Shown here in pieces: positions 57,797 to 58,702 of a stretch of 58,702 bases of DNA. The position numbers were made by a program, and so were the translations under genes. Numbering within the stretch: position 1 is the stretch's first letter; every line of letters starts with the position of its first letter. The notes beneath the pieces are model-generated. The model was not told the origin of the DNA. It saw only the letters and a list, made by a program, of their open reading frames with translations, and searched no databases. The DNA is from a virus (lineage: Duplodnaviria; Caudoviricetes), in IMG/VR virus record IMGVR_UViG_3300032243_001266, positions 1-58,702 of that record, one strand, 5' to 3'.

Positions 57797-58035
57797 TGTC
57801 TATGTTTTAATTGTTCTCTATACCATTTCATTCCTTGAATTACTCCAAAATCAAAATCAGTTCTAATAGTTCCAAGTTCTTCATCTGCAAACTTCTCTAT
57901 TTCTTCATCTGATATTTCTTGTTGGGGAAGTTGTGCCATTTCTTTGGCTTTATCTAATATGCTATGCCATGTAAGTTTATCTTTTGGCTCATCCCATAGC
58001 TTTTCAAATAACCATTCTATTGATGTCTGTTTCAT
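57793..58035 (-). CDS. small phage protein
   Basis: MKQTSIEWL...AKEM...ISDEEI...GMKWYREQLK. Confidence 0.7.
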   Translation of the reverse strand: MKQTSIEWLFEKLWDEPKDKLTWHSILDKAKEMAQLPQQEISDEEIEKFADEELGTIRTDFDFGVIQGMKWYREQLKHRQ

Positions 58036-58057
58036 ATCCTATTTGTTTAATATGCCA

Positions 58058-58312
58058 TTATAATTTATTACCCCTCATTAATTTAAGCAAATCGCCCTTA
58101 GACAATTCTTTGTCTGTCGCAACACCTTCCTTTGCAATTTCTGTTTTTGTTGCTTTTGATCCAGTCTTAGCATCTGACTGAGATTCAACATAATTCCTCA
58201 ATAATACATCCACAAGTTCTTGAGCAGATTCAAAACTACCCTTCTTCATCGCATGATTAAAATGCACTATATTAAATCTGATACTTTTGGGTGATGACTT
58301 TTTTGCTTTCAT
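58058..58312 (-). CDS. possible ribbon-helix-helix DNA-binding protein
   Basis: KSIRFN strand followed by two helices (SAQELVDVLLRNY); start refined to ATG 58312, downstream of promoter box. Confidence 0.5.
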   Translation of the reverse strand: MKAKKSSPKSIRFNIVHFNHAMKKGSFESAQELVDVLLRNYVESQSDAKTGSKATKTEIAKEGVATDKELSKGDLLKLMRGNKL

Positions 58313-58400
58313 AACTCGTATTACTTTTGTAATTCGTTTGTAATTCTTTTGTGATTCATTTGAGTCACATTTGTGTTTCAATAGTAACTCAATAGCAACA

Positions 58401-58408
58401 CAAATGTA
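58401..58408 (-). promoter_or_regulatory. Bacteroidota -7 promoter box for right-end genes
   Basis: TACATTTG on - strand. Confidence 0.5.
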
Positions 58409-58579
58409 ATACAATACATTATTACAAACCAAAAATATTTTTGTTAATTTTTTTAAACAGAAATAATTACGCTGATTTTTAGGCGATTCTAAGGCTTATT
58501 TTTTGCCAAGTGCATATACCCTACCTCTTATGGCGAGAAATGCCATTTATCCCCCTCCTACTCCCCTCTCCCAAACATA

Positions 58580-58702
58580 TGTTAATACCCTATACCCTTG
58601 ATCATATACCTTAGCCGTATTTATTGCCATGCGCAAAGTAATAACCAGGCCCGCATATATTCGTAAGACATACAGCGCGCGCCGGCCGTCCTACATTTCG
58701 CG
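58580..58702 (-). repeat. right inverted terminal repeat (123 bp)
   Basis: exact reverse complement of 1-123. Confidence 0.97.

Noticed and set aside
1-58702. Transposon or IS defined by the terminal inverted repeats
   Set aside because: No transposase or integrase recognised and no flanking host sequence; content is a full virion gene set.
1-58702. Stop-codon reassignment
   Set aside because: Long genes (3655, 1301, 1029 aa) are open and tightly packed in the standard code.

Overview
The window looks like a complete, or nearly complete, ~58.7-kb tailed (podovirus-type) phage genome of a Bacteroidota host. Host inference rests on TAnnTTTG promoters, A-rich starts without Shine-Dalgarno, and signal peptides followed by Gln. 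The ends are a perfect 123-bp inverted terminal repeat. Layout: (i) 1-6.1 kb, + strand, early region. Its first ~3.6 kb is strongly CpG/CGCG-rich and holds repeated promoter units, an amidoligase + class II glutamine amidotransferase pair and a repeat-rich non-coding block. (ii) 6.2-50.6 kb, - strand, late region, in transcription order: glycosyltransferase/methyltransferase cassette, terminase, portal, scaffold, major capsid, ring/tail proteins, three GroES-like proteins, ejection proteins including a 3655-aa protein with an embedded ADP-ribosyltransferase-like domain, fibre genes, and a holin/u-spanin/endolysin cassette. (iii) 52-56.5 kb, a compact replication block (HTH pair, initiator-like protein, Prim-Pol/SF4 helicase, NinG-like nuclease). 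I recognised no DNA polymerase, RNA polymerase, integrase, protelomerase, tRNA or CRISPR array. Most notable: a tail-fibre-like protein with a Sec signal peptide and dense Bacteroidota O-glycosylation sequons, the palindromic genome ends, the compositionally distinct left arm, and the ART domain in the giant protein. All family calls come from reading motifs by eye; no searches were run.
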